Source of the DNA: a virus
Lineage: Duplodnaviria; Caudoviricetes
Reading direction: 5' to 3' (one strand)
DNA length: 64,000 nucleotides
IMG/VR virus record: IMGVR_UViG_2912101750_000002
The notes under the pieces are model-generated. The model ran no database searches. It was not told the origin of the DNA and saw only the letters and a list, made by a program, of their open reading frames with translations. The position numbers were made by a program, and so were the translations under genes. Shown piece by piece: positions 27,828 to 37,273 of this stretch (its first letter is position 1; each line of letters opens with the position of its first letter).

Positions 27828-28698
27828 TATCTATTTCCTTTTGGCAGTCATGCGTGTGACTGAAGCACTTGCACGGCTTGATTGGATCAATACCCAGATA
27901 AGGACTGTAGCGAGCGCCCCCGGCGAATGACGTCGAGTCCTCATAGCCACCGAATATGCATGTAACCGGGGTGCCCACAGCCTGCGCTAGGATCACAGCA
28001 AAGCCAGGCGAGGAGTAGACCATGGCCGCACGCGAGACCAACGCAGCCAACGTCTCAAAGTCAAGTTCGCCAGAGTGGCATTCGACATCGGCCTTGATCG
28101 GATGGCCAACCATCCATTCCTTGCCAGGCACCAAGTCCGCCACTGAAACGACGAAATAGTTGTCGCGTATCGACCCCAAAAGCGACGCATAAGCGTCATA
28201 ATCCGGATTTCTTGCCTGGCAGCCGCCCCACTCAGTGCGCTCGTTAAGAGGCCTGTAAACAAGTATCGGCTTGGTTGGCTGCCAGAATTCAATTAGCCTG
28301 TCGGCGCGTGCGGCCCATTCATCCGGGATAGGCAGGCGGAAATCGGCCTTCCCGTAGCCCACATCGGCGGTGCGGCACATCGCGGCCAAGACAGAACCGC
28401 ACTCGCGCACCAAGTCGGGCGTGTAGGAAATCTGCATTTGCCTGGCGATCGGCACACTGCCGCGCCAGAACAGGCCGCGCTCCCTATCGGCGTTTTTCGT
28501 CTGCGTCCGCAGCACGGTTCGCTTGTGAAGAACCTTCAGCCCCTCGGCAATCAAATCATGATATGGCGCAATCCAAGAGCTTTCGAGATAGACGTCGAAG
28601 CGCGGCATCAACTGGCGAATTACGGCCCGCTGGTGGAGATTATCGCCGAGGCCGTGCATTCCGCGGATTAGCAGCGGACGCTTTTCGGTGGCAAGCAT
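27763..28698 (-). CDS. GT9/heptosyltransferase-like glycosyltransferase
   Basis: HGLGDNL N-terminal motif; LAALVSRA..LAQAVGTP..IFG. Confidence 0.75.
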   Translation of the reverse strand: MLATEKRPLLIRGMHGLGDNLHQRAVIRQLMPRFDVYLESSWIAPYHDLIAEGLKVLHKRTVLRTQTKNADRERGLFWRGSVPIARQMQISYTPDLVRECGSVLAAMCRTADVGYGKADFRLPIPDEWAARADRLIEFWQPTKPILVYRPLNERTEWGGCQARNPDYDAYASLLGSIRDNYFVVSVADLVPGKEWMVGHPIKADVECHSGELDFETLAALVSRAAMVYSSPGFAVILAQAVGTPVTCIFGGYEDSTSFAGGARYSPYLGIDPIKPCKCFSHTHDCQKEIDIGAATELLQSFVAANSGRDAG

Positions 28699-29039
28699 TA
28701 GGCGCATTCCACATCAATGGTGCGCCACACACGGTAAGGTGCCAGAAGTGCCCTTACGGCTCGCGGCAGCACGGCATCACCCTTGCTTTCTGGATCCGCC
28801 TCACGATTTTCGTAAAGGTCGCCGACGAGTAGCAAAACCGCCGCCGTAATGGCTGGCGTAACTTCGATAGCCGTTCCGTCATCACCAGACGGCTCACCCC
28901 CTTCGGCGTAGACTTCGCGGTCAACATATTCGGTCACGATGGTTTCGGCGGCAGCCTGGTAGGCCGCAATCGTGTCGTCATCATCCAAGAAATCTAGGCG
29001 GAGGTGTTTCTTCACCAAGTCAATATCAAGCAACGACAC
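28698..29039 (-). CDS. head-tail connector (HK97 gp6-like)
   Basis: VKKHLRLD, AVLLLVGDLYENRE, LLAPYR. Confidence 0.9.
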   Translation of the reverse strand: MSLLDIDLVKKHLRLDFLDDDDTIAAYQAAAETIVTEYVDREVYAEGGEPSGDDGTAIEVTPAITAAVLLLVGDLYENREADPESKGDAVLPRAVRALLAPYRVWRTIDVECA

Positions 29040-29673
29040 TGGCGCGCTCCGTACATGCCGCAAGCGCGGCGCTAAATGTCATCTTTGGGTATGCCGTAAG
29101 CGCACTGTCTGGACTCGCATTAATTACGCGCACGCCCATGCGCTCCAGCAAGGGCGCCTGACCGTCAATCACGCCGCGCCAACGCGCCAAGCTCGTGCGC
29201 GACGGATTATTAAGCCCACCACCATGCTTGCCGTGCCAGTGGATGCCGGCACGGTCGTGCATGTCGTACCCAACCAGAATTATGTTCCGGCAGCCAAATT
29301 GCGCAGCGAGGTTTAAAGCCTGGAATCCCGAATTGCCGCCTATGCCTATTGTGCCAAATTTATGCACAAGGATTTCATCGCGGCGCATGTCTATCTTGAT
29401 AGGGCGAACGCCCCATTTGCCGTCTCGTACATCGCCGCCAATTCGTAGGCCGGCAAAATCTGTGCGGCCCTGATTGTGCGCCCACCAGTCGTAGTCACAG
29501 GCATAAAGAACGTCAGCCCACGGCGCTAGCCGATAGCCGTTGTTTACGACTATGACTTTGTGCTTGCCGCGCGCTTCGTGTAAGTCCGCTTCGGCCGCGC
29601 TTGGTCCTCCTGCGACGATGATGCAGGTTTCTCCAAGCCAACGTGGCCACCAGCTTGCGGCACCATAAAAGGG
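29026..29673 (-). CDS. DUF115/MptE-like (Maf/GT29-like fold) domain, probably reached by -1 frameshift
   Basis: TCIIVAGGPS, VIVVNN, PWADVLYACD, GGNSGFQALNLA, LVGYDM; no ATG/GTG/TTG before the first motifs. Confidence 0.75.
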   Translation of the reverse strand, partial: PFYGAASWWPRWLGETCIIVAGGPSAAEADLHEARGKHKVIVVNNGYRLAPWADVLYACDYDWWAHNQGRTDFAGLRIGGDVRDGKWGVRPIKIDMRRDEILVHKFGTIGIGGNSGFQALNLAAQFGCRNIILVGYDMHDRAGIHWHGKHGGGLNNPSRTSLARWRGVIDGQAPLLERMGVRVINASPDSALTAYPKMTFSAALAACTERASVVA

Positions 29674-29876
29674 TCGTTGGGCTTACCGTCCTCCGCGTTG
29701 TCATTTGCGGCCAGAAAGACGATCGGAGCCGCAGCGGAATCTTCAGGCTCTGGCAAATGCACCGCATAGCCCATGTTTATGAGATCGCGAGCCTTGTGGT
29801 CGTCCTCTTCGTAAACCGTACCCTTCTTTGTGGTGACGTTGCCGTCAAGCAGGGTCTTTAGGGCTTGGATTCTCAT
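29550..29876 (-). CDS. small capsid-adjacent protein
   Basis: MRIQALK..KGTVYE...ARDLINMGYA; SD GGAG; follows capsid gene. Confidence 0.75.
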   Translation of the reverse strand: MRIQALKTLLDGNVTTKKGTVYEEDDHKARDLINMGYAVHLPEPEDSAAAPIVFLAANDNAEDGKPNDPFMVPQAGGHVGLEKPASSSQEDQARPKRTYTKRAASTKS

Positions 29877-29896
29877 TATAGCTCCGGAGAAGAGGT

Positions 29897-29918
29897 GGGG
29901 CGGCCCGAAAGCCGCCCC
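29897..29918 (-). terminator. hairpin after major capsid gene
   Basis: GGGGCGGC/GCCGCCCC stem, weak U tract. Confidence 0.55.
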
Positions 29919-29926
29919 TTTGGCCG

Positions 29927-31147
29927 TTAAGCCGCAGTCGTGATAGTGTCGATATCGCCAGTCACGAAGGCTTCGGGGCGATACACGGCAAGGGCCAGAC
30001 GCTCTTCGATGCGGAGCGTCATCATGTTCTTCTCGAAATCGTCCGAGTTCTCGGTCGACAGAAGAACCTCGACGCCCATGCGATCGAAGATCTGTGCGCC
30101 GAGATTGAAGGCGCCAGTCAGGAACTCGCCAGCAGCCATCGCCTGCGTCTGCACAACCGGCAGACCCCACAGCGTCGGACCAATCGGGGACTGCGCGTTG
30201 CCGACGATGTAACGGCCTTCGCTGTCCTTGGTCAGTTCGATGCGCGCCCAATCGATCGGATTGAGAACGATGCCGCTTGCCGGGTACTCGGCCAGGATAA
30301 CCTGGAGGAGTGCGAGGCGCACGCGGTCGATGGCGGTTTCACCAGTGGCGTTGAACGCCGGAGCGAACGCGGTAGCCTGCGGCAGAATGCCGTTGAGGTT
30401 CTGGCCAGTGCCATTGCCGTTCAGAAGCTGCGTCTCTTCGACGTACTTCAGACCATATGTGCCGCGCGCGTTGATATAGCTGGCCAGCGCCGGAGCGTCG
30501 TCCATGATCTGGCGCGAAGCCTTGAAGATATGGGCAATCGTGCGCACCGGAGTGGTGAACAGGTTGAAGGTAAGGTCAGACTTGGGCTTGGTCGCGCCTT
30601 CAGTCACCGGACGGGCATTGTTGGTGAAGCCCGTTTCCTTCACGTATTCGACCGAGCTTGATGCGGTCTGGCCGGGGGCAATCAGATCGCGGATGGTAAG
30701 CTGACGGTTCGGAGGCGTAACGATGCCGGGAACGCGAGCGCCGGGAACCAGCGACGTGCCAGCCGAGCGACCGGCACCAACGGTGGTGTTGCCGGAGGTG
30801 ATGTCCGCACGGTCAACGCCGACACGAATGGCACCGCGCCAGCCGCCCGACTTGTCGGTGCTCTTGAACGACTCGGACGCAACCAGATGGTCGCCGAGGT
30901 CCATGCCTTCGGACTCAACAACGTCACGCTCACGGGCAGCGCGCTTTTCAAGCTCGCTAACGCGCGTGGTGGCTTCACCAAGCTCGGTCAGAGCCTTGTC
31001 GACCTTAGTCTTCAGTTCCGCCGAGGTTTCGCCGGTTGCGGCGAGCTTAGCGGTGAAGTCGGCACCGAGATTACCAACCTGCTCCTTGATGGAAGCAAGC
31101 GAAGTACCAAGCTCACCGATCTTATCGGCAAGTGCATTATCAGCCAT
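29927..31147 (-). CDS. major capsid protein, HK97 fold
   Basis: delta-domain coiled coil, LTIRDLI, EGATKP, LWGLPVV, EERLAL..RPEAF. Confidence 0.96.
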   Translation of the reverse strand: MADNALADKIGELGTSLASIKEQVGNLGADFTAKLAATGETSAELKTKVDKALTELGEATTRVSELEKRAARERDVVESEGMDLGDHLVASESFKSTDKSGGWRGAIRVGVDRADITSGNTTVGAGRSAGTSLVPGARVPGIVTPPNRQLTIRDLIAPGQTASSSVEYVKETGFTNNARPVTEGATKPKSDLTFNLFTTPVRTIAHIFKASRQIMDDAPALASYINARGTYGLKYVEETQLLNGNGTGQNLNGILPQATAFAPAFNATGETAIDRVRLALLQVILAEYPASGIVLNPIDWARIELTKDSEGRYIVGNAQSPIGPTLWGLPVVQTQAMAAGEFLTGAFNLGAQIFDRMGVEVLLSTENSDDFEKNMMTLRIEERLALAVYRPEAFVTGDIDTITTAA

Positions 31148-31156
31148 GAATGGCTC

Positions 31157-32269
31157 CTATTTAAACAGAGGAGAACGCGCAGCCGCCAACAGGCGGTCTA
31201 GCGCGGCAAGAGTTGCCGCATCTGCGTCAGGTTCCCCCTGACTATCCTTGAAGTAGAGCTTTGCAGCGTGCTCTGCTTCCGACTTCGAAAGGCCAATCAG
31301 TCCCCTGATGCCATGCTCGAATTCGCGAATTGTAATCTTCTCGCCAATAGCCATTTTTGCAGCCAGCGCTTCGGCGGCGACTGCGCGTGCCTGGTTAGAC
31401 GCCTTAATGCGCCGCACATAGGAGGGCTGAGTATCGGCGCCAAAGCGCTCCAGCGTCTCGTCCATCGTCGCCACGGCATCAACCATGCCGCGATCCATCA
31501 ACTGCTCAGCGTAGAACACACGGCCCTGCCCAAAGCCATCCTCGACCTTACCGACAGTCGTACCGCGCCCCTCCGCCACAGCCGCCACAAAGCGCCCGTA
31601 TGAGCGATTGACGCCATCCTGAATGAACGCCAGCGTGTCCTTGCCAAGCGGTTCGGTCTCATTGCCTTCAACCTTGTGCGAGCCGGCCGAAATGTAGGTG
31701 CGCTTGATGCCGCGCTTCTCGAGCGCTGCCGAAACATCCTCATGCGCCGTATAAACGCCGATGGATCCAGCCCGCCCGGATGGCGTAACAACGATCTCGT
31801 CAGCACTGGACGCAATCCAGTATGCGGCACTGGCCGCAAGGCTATTGACCTGCGCAATAATGGGCTTGTCGCCGCCGCGAATACGGCGAATTTCGGTCGC
31901 CAATTCTTCGGTTCCTGGCACCGATCCGCCAGGGCTGTCGATATCAAGGACAATAGCCTTGACGTCTTCGTTCGACAAAGCGGAATGCAGCGACTTTTTA
32001 AGCCCAGCATACGACGTGCCGCCCGACATGGCGGACATCATGTCCATTTTTTGCGCCAGAACGCCATAAACCGGGATAACGGCAACTTTTCCGTCAATTT
32101 CCGCGATTTCCTTGGCCCTCGCGTCGGAAATGGCGGTTGCCATCTCCGTCGAGAACAGTTTCTCGCCTTCGGCGCGAGCAACGAGAATGTCGGCCAAAAC
32201 GCCCAATTTCTCGCGCTGAATCGCCCATGGCTCGGCGCAAAACGCCGCCAAAAGGTGGTTGAATTTCAT
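31157..32269 (-). CDS. S49-family prohead protease
   Basis: IDSPGG, AASAAYWIAS, GSIGV. Confidence 0.92.
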   Translation of the reverse strand: MKFNHLLAAFCAEPWAIQREKLGVLADILVARAEGEKLFSTEMATAISDARAKEIAEIDGKVAVIPVYGVLAQKMDMMSAMSGGTSYAGLKKSLHSALSNEDVKAIVLDIDSPGGSVPGTEELATEIRRIRGGDKPIIAQVNSLAASAAYWIASSADEIVVTPSGRAGSIGVYTAHEDVSAALEKRGIKRTYISAGSHKVEGNETEPLGKDTLAFIQDGVNRSYGRFVAAVAEGRGTTVGKVEDGFGQGRVFYAEQLMDRGMVDAVATMDETLERFGADTQPSYVRRIKASNQARAVAAEALAAKMAIGEKITIREFEHGIRGLIGLSKSEAEHAAKLYFKDSQGEPDADAATLAALDRLLAAARSPLFK

Positions 32270-32278
32270 CTTTTTCCC

Positions 32279-33544
32279 TTAAGCAGCGCGCGTTGTGGGT
32301 GCGTTTTGGTTAGCGGCAGGCGGAACAACAGGCTCTTCGCCCAGTTTATCCAGTCGCGTCATGGTGCCGTTGACAATAAGCTTGTCACCGCCTTCCATCT
32401 TGGCCTTGTTTTCGTAAGCGCGGGCCTCGTCTGGCGTGTAGATGCCAGCACCAACCATCTTGGACAGAAAGTCTGCCCTGGCCGCGCTATCGCCCCGAAG
32501 CAGTCCCTCGAGCGTAAACTTTACCACGGTCGTCTTGCGCGTCTTGGCGTCCAGAAGGTCGCGGTAAACGGCGGACTCAATGGATCGAAGCAATGGCGTG
32601 AGGCACGTCTTGGTAAATTGCAGGATAAGTTGCTCAATACCGCTGCCCCACGTCGTGGTTCCGTTTGCAGCGTGACCGATCATGACAGGCGGAACACCGA
32701 AGATGCGTGCAATCTGCTCGACGCTATATTGGCGGGCCTCTAGAAGTTGCGCGTCTTTCGGGTTGATGCTCATCGCATAAGGTTTAAGACCAGCCTCAAG
32801 GACGGCAACGCCGCCCGCATTCTCAGAACCAACGACGCCCTTAAGCGTATCGCCAATCTGTTTGCGCTGCTCGGCCTTTAGTACTTGGTCTGACATTAAG
32901 AACGTAGTCGATATCAACCCGCCCTTGTACATTTTTGCGCCAGACTTCTCGCCAGCAAGCGCATTGCCGATGATGTTCCGCTCCATCCCGATAGGAGAAA
33001 GCCCTCGGTCGCATCCGGGGAGCAACTCGCCCCTGACGTGGAACATCCTGTCTTCGTTAATGCGCCTCTTGCCGCCCTTCTTCCCATTGGCCGTCATGCG
33101 TTCCGTCACTTCGTAGTAACGGTTGTTGCGCTCGTCGCGCTTCACATCGACGCAGAGAGGGTGAAACGGTTCCAGCGATACCAGTCTGGATCCAGACATC
33201 TTCTTCTCTGCGAAGAAGTTTCCGTCAAGACACAGGCACAGCGCAACCATGCCCCAGAACTCGGACGCCGTGTTGTCCATGTTGGGCATGTCGTGCATTA
33301 GTTCGTAAAGCGGATTTTCCTTATCGACCGTTACGCCGTCGTCCTTGTAGACAAGGCATGGGAGCGTTCTTACCGAATTGCCAATAAGCCTCACACAAGC
33401 CCACACAGCATCAAGCTGCATGGCTGTGTCAAACGTAACCGTCTCGCCGCTAGTCGTACCCAAGCCAAAGAATCCGCGCCAGAAAGGCGCGCTCTCGGCA
33501 TTCAGGTCGATAGGGCGGCCAAGCCATCTATCGAATAGGCCCAT
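32279..33544 (-). CDS. portal protein, HK97 family
   Basis: AVWACV, GLSPI, IARIFGVPP, LLRGD, TPDEAR. Confidence 0.95.
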   Translation of the reverse strand: MGLFDRWLGRPIDLNAESAPFWRGFFGLGTTSGETVTFDTAMQLDAVWACVRLIGNSVRTLPCLVYKDDGVTVDKENPLYELMHDMPNMDNTASEFWGMVALCLCLDGNFFAEKKMSGSRLVSLEPFHPLCVDVKRDERNNRYYEVTERMTANGKKGGKRRINEDRMFHVRGELLPGCDRGLSPIGMERNIIGNALAGEKSGAKMYKGGLISTTFLMSDQVLKAEQRKQIGDTLKGVVGSENAGGVAVLEAGLKPYAMSINPKDAQLLEARQYSVEQIARIFGVPPVMIGHAANGTTTWGSGIEQLILQFTKTCLTPLLRSIESAVYRDLLDAKTRKTTVVKFTLEGLLRGDSAARADFLSKMVGAGIYTPDEARAYENKAKMEGGDKLIVNGTMTRLDKLGEEPVVPPAANQNAPTTRAA

Positions 33545-33560
33545 GGCCGCTCCTGTTTCA

Positions 33561-35126
33561 TCACCAAGTGACGGTGATCATGTTGTTTACGAAGTCGTCC
33601 AGGTTGGTTTCATCGGGCAAATGCTGTTCGGCCACGGCCAGTGCCATCACCAAACTAACCATGCCATCTATGCGACCCCGGCTGCCCGCCTTGGTCAGCT
33701 TGCGGTTGCCCGCATCATCCTTTTTGACGACTGCGTTACCGGCGCACATAGTTAAAACCTTGTGGTCTCCGTGGCGAATGCGGTTGTTGAGAAGCAAAGT
33801 TTCAGCCGTTTGCAAAGCAGGCGACATAGACACAAAGCCCTGGCCGAACTCTACGAACTTTGCCTCTATCTCTTCGTCGCCAAAACCCTTCTTTGCTAGC
33901 CAAGGGCGTAGGTGCTTGAAATACGATCTGTCGAAGGCAATCTGCCTGACGTCATAGTCATCGCAGACTTCCCGCAGGTACTCCGCAACGAACTCGTACT
34001 CGATGCTCTTTGAACCAGCCACAGCATCAAGAAGCCCGTCTCGCGCCCAAACATCGTATTCCACGCGGTCCAATCGCGCCTTGATATCAAGGCCGACACC
34101 TGGCAGCCAGAAGTGCGGGCGCACATCCCACACAACAACGCCATCGACAGTTTCCGGCGCCACCAGCACCAAGGCCGTTAAGTCCGTCGTTTCGGACAAA
34201 TCAAGCCCGCCGTAAACCGGCCTGCCTTTGAAGTTTCGGTTCGGCTCGGCGGCGTTCTCCATCCACACCTTGCGCGACACGAACGGATTGCTCGTCTCGA
34301 CGCGCCGGTTAAGGACAAGGTTTTCGAACTCAGAAGCGCGCGCTGGCATATTGCGCGCATCTTCCATCATACCTAAGACTTCCTCTTGGTTCATGAACAG
34401 ATCGAATGCGGGATTTGCCGCTCGGATAGCCGCCTCGGTGAAAGGATCCATGTCCTCTGGCGCGGTCTGAAACCGCAACACCGTGCGCGGGTCGCGCGCC
34501 TTAGCGGCATCGTCAATCAGGATGGACAGAAGGTCGTTCTCTGTCGGCGCCTGCGTCGAGATGATGATAGATAGCGGCTCGCTCTGCGCTGCGGTGGCAG
34601 TCTCGAGCGCATCATACAGCGATGACCGCGGACCTTTGACCTGGCCAAGCTCATCGTGAACAGTCAACGATGGCGAAAGGCCGTAAGCCGTAGATGCGTC
34701 TGCAGAGAGCGCCCGGTAGACGGTGCCCAAGTCGGGGCAGACAATGCGCTTGCCGCTGTCCTTCGGGAATGCATACGCCTTCAATACAGGCGACATGCGG
34801 ATCATCTTGGCGGCAAGTTCGAACAAGATTGCGGCCTGCTCGCGTGACTGCGCTGCGCTATACAATTGCGCATTCCGCTTCGCCTCCGGGCCGCACAGGT
34901 GCAGCAAGAGGATCATGGCCGATTCGGTTGTCTTGGCGTTCTTTCGCCCACGGCTGATGATAGCTCGACGTGTCCCGTTTGGGTTGTCGTAAATAGCCCG
35001 AAGGTCTTCCTTCATGAACTCAGCCAACTTTAGTGGCTGACCAACGAAGCGCCCTTCTGGGATGCGAATATGCTTTTCTAGCCAACGGATATTCCGCTCG
35101 GCACGGCTAATCGTCTTCTTCGCCAT
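33561..35126 (-). CDS. terL: terminase large subunit
   Basis: GRKNAKT, HDELG, GLDLSETTDLTA, RIDG. Confidence 0.95.
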   Translation of the reverse strand: MAKKTISRAERNIRWLEKHIRIPEGRFVGQPLKLAEFMKEDLRAIYDNPNGTRRAIISRGRKNAKTTESAMILLLHLCGPEAKRNAQLYSAAQSREQAAILFELAAKMIRMSPVLKAYAFPKDSGKRIVCPDLGTVYRALSADASTAYGLSPSLTVHDELGQVKGPRSSLYDALETATAAQSEPLSIIISTQAPTENDLLSILIDDAAKARDPRTVLRFQTAPEDMDPFTEAAIRAANPAFDLFMNQEEVLGMMEDARNMPARASEFENLVLNRRVETSNPFVSRKVWMENAAEPNRNFKGRPVYGGLDLSETTDLTALVLVAPETVDGVVVWDVRPHFWLPGVGLDIKARLDRVEYDVWARDGLLDAVAGSKSIEYEFVAEYLREVCDDYDVRQIAFDRSYFKHLRPWLAKKGFGDEEIEAKFVEFGQGFVSMSPALQTAETLLLNNRIRHGDHKVLTMCAGNAVVKKDDAGNRKLTKAGSRGRIDGMVSLVMALAVAEQHLPDETNLDDFVNNMITVTW

Positions 35127-35538
35127 CTTCTTCCCATGGCGCAATTATTTGCCCCGGCTTGCGAGCCTGCTCCGCTCTAACTGTCGCCTGCTGCGTGATG
35201 CGCATGCGCGTCGACAACGAAGAAATTGCCCGCCCCTCGCGCTCCTGCATTTTCAGAAGCTTGTCATAGGCGTCGACATCAAAAGCCTTTGCTTTCTCAG
35301 CCTTTGAGATCAGTTGAGCGATACGGCGGGCTGCAACAACGTGCCGGCAATATTGCGTAAGCAGCGCTTGCGTCTCGCGCGGAAACCAGTCCGCAGGCAT
35401 ACGGTCAACAACCGCGCACCACTCGTCAGATTGTTCTGGCGTTAATTCACTTGGCGGTAATGGGCGCTGTACAACCTCCACAGAAGAGGTTATTGTAATT
35501 TCAGTGCTTGCCGCCGACTTTCGTCCGCGCACAGCCAT
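35107..35538 (-). CDS. terS: terminase small subunit
   Basis: MAVRGRKS start, P27-like, overlaps terL. Confidence 0.8.
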   Translation of the reverse strand: MAVRGRKSAASTEITITSSVEVVQRPLPPSELTPEQSDEWCAVVDRMPADWFPRETQALLTQYCRHVVAARRIAQLISKAEKAKAFDVDAYDKLLKMQEREGRAISSLSTRMRITQQATVRAEQARKPGQIIAPWEEDGEEDD

Positions 35539-35544
35539 AAATTC

Positions 35545-36192
35545 TCACCCTACCGCTAGTGCCAAACTCGGCTGAAACGGCGATAATAGTCTATCGCCCT
35601 TCTTCATGTTGTCATTCGCCGCTAGCGGCCTAAGATTCGATAGCGCCCAGGCTTTCTTGAAGTCGATGTCATAAGGCGTTTCGTAATTGAAGGCCGATAG
35701 AGGGATGATGTGGTCGATGTGCCACGTGTCATGGCGATAATTTTCCCACGTCATCCAAGGCTCAAACTGCCTCTCAATGTGGACGCGCAAATCTTCCGAT
35801 GTGTAGCCAAGAATATCGAATGTGTGTCCGCCTGACCCTTTGGAACCACGCTTGATAGTTTGAAAGATGCGCGCTCTGAAGTTGCTCTCAATCTTGCCGC
35901 GGGGCGTTGAAGTCTTCTTAGCCGTGTCTATGCGCTGACGCACACGATGCTTGTCTGGGTTGTTTTTCCGCCACCCATAAACCGACGCGAGCCACTTTAC
36001 CGGATTCTCTTGACGCCACTTTTTCTGATATGCTTTAGCGCAGGACTTGCAATAAGTGCCAAGTCCGTCTAGGGTTGATTTGCTACGTGTGAAGTCGCTG
36101 TACGATTTTGAAAGACTGCATTTGTTGCAGAATTTTACACCCTCGGCAGCACTATTGTCGTTTGCAGCAATTGGCGCATCGCAGGCAAACAT
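35545..36192 (-). CDS. HNH endonuclease with N-terminal Cys domain
   Basis: CNKC, CKSC, WHIDHIIP, NLRPL..N. Confidence 0.8.
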   Translation of the reverse strand: MFACDAPIAANDNSAAEGVKFCNKCSLSKSYSDFTRSKSTLDGLGTYCKSCAKAYQKKWRQENPVKWLASVYGWRKNNPDKHRVRQRIDTAKKTSTPRGKIESNFRARIFQTIKRGSKGSGGHTFDILGYTSEDLRVHIERQFEPWMTWENYRHDTWHIDHIIPLSAFNYETPYDIDFKKAWALSNLRPLAANDNMKKGDRLLSPFQPSLALAVG

Positions 36193-36303
36193 TTAATCCC
36201 CGCCATAAACAAAAAAAATACAGGTTTAGCACAACTCTTGGCCCACGCCGGTCCTAGGGTCGACGGCCTAGGACTTTTGTCCTACCCCGTCATGTGGTTG
36301 TTT

Positions 36304-36612
36304 TCATTGGCCTTTTCGCCACTCGGGCCATCCATCGCCGTCGACGCCTCGAACGATGCCGGTTCTCTCCTCGGCCTGCTTCTGGCTCGAGTGACACGAT
36401 GCGCACAGCGGCTGTAGTTCCCCATGCCAGAACAGTTCGGGGTCGCCGCGATGAGGGACAACGTGGTCAGCAGTGGTAGCTATCGTTACCTCTTCGCGCT
36501 GAATGCACATACGGCACAGAGGCTCGACCGCGAACAGTGCTTGCCGCCTAGCCTCCCAGGCAGCAAGCTTATACCAGCCCTTCCAAGGCCGGTTAGGCTG
36601 GTACTGCGTCAC
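36304..36612 (-). CDS. terminase-associated HNH endonuclease (HK97 gp74-like)
   Basis: EPLCRMC, DHVVPHRGD, LQPLCASCH. Confidence 0.88.
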   Translation of the reverse strand: MTQYQPNRPWKGWYKLAAWEARRQALFAVEPLCRMCIQREEVTIATTADHVVPHRGDPELFWHGELQPLCASCHSSQKQAEERTGIVRGVDGDGWPEWRKGQ

Positions 36613-36659
36613 GCATGTACCAATCGCCTAGCGTGGTGCGCACCTTGTCTAGGAGGCGC

Positions 36660-36929
36660 TTAATCATCGTATGCATGCCACACCGCAACAGACGGCAGCG
36701 TGACGATCTCCATCGTCGTGCCGTTGAACCACGCCACGTCGATGTCGCCACACTCACCGCATACGTCCAGGACCACCATGGTAGGCCCACCAGTGGTAAG
36801 CTCTACATGGTCGCCAATGCTGTAGTCGTGCCATGCAGTAGGTGCGGCAGGCTCTCTAACGAAGTAGTCACCAATGGACTCGCTATTGCCCATGCCATCC
36901 GTGGCCATATACCAAGGTGATCCGTCCAT
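36660..36929 (-). CDS. DUF2158/YodC-like protein
   Basis: IGDHVELTTGGPTMVV...WF. Confidence 0.65.
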   Translation of the reverse strand: MDGSPWYMATDGMGNSESIGDYFVREPAAPTAWHDYSIGDHVELTTGGPTMVVLDVCGECGDIDVAWFNGTTMEIVTLPSVAVWHAYDD

Positions 36930-36962
36930 GCTCATTCTCCTCTGTTGGCATGCACTACGAAA

Positions 36963-37038
36963 TGGAGCCGGCAGTCGGAATTGAACCAACGACCATCGCT
37001 TTACAAAAGCACCGCTCTACCTACTGAGCTATGCCGGC
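36963..37038 (-). tRNA. tRNA-Thr(TGT)
   Basis: cloverleaf, TT-TGT-AA loop, encoded CCA; imperfect anticodon stem. Confidence 0.88.
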
Positions 37039-37043
37039 TTAAT

Positions 37044-37129
37044 TGGCGGAGGGTGAAGGAATCGAACCCTTAACCTTTCGGATACCCTGGTTTTCAAGAC
37101 CAGTTGCCGGCCATTCAGCGGCACCCTCC
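37044..37129 (-). tRNA. tRNA-Ser(TGA), 8/4 acceptor/T-stem type
   Basis: CTGGT-CT-TGA-AA-ACCAG; 8-bp acceptor; G73-CCA. Confidence 0.85.
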
Positions 37130-37141
37130 AAACTGCGAAAT

Positions 37142-37229
37142 TGGCGGAGAGTATGGGGATCGAACCCACGCAACCTTTCGGTTGGCTACTGTTTAGCAAA
37201 CAGGCACATTACCGCTCTGTCACCTCTCC
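37142..37229 (-). tRNA. tRNA-Ser(GCT)
   Basis: TT-GCT-AA loop, long variable arm, G73-CCA. Confidence 0.85.
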
Positions 37230-37273
37230 TGATTGGCGGTACTGGACGACGACATAGGGTATTTCCTTTTATT

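Noticed and set aside
35600-35625. LAANDN in the HNH core (and DLNDN in the HD protein) as degron motifs
   Set aside because: Both coincide with catalytic-core motifs of their families
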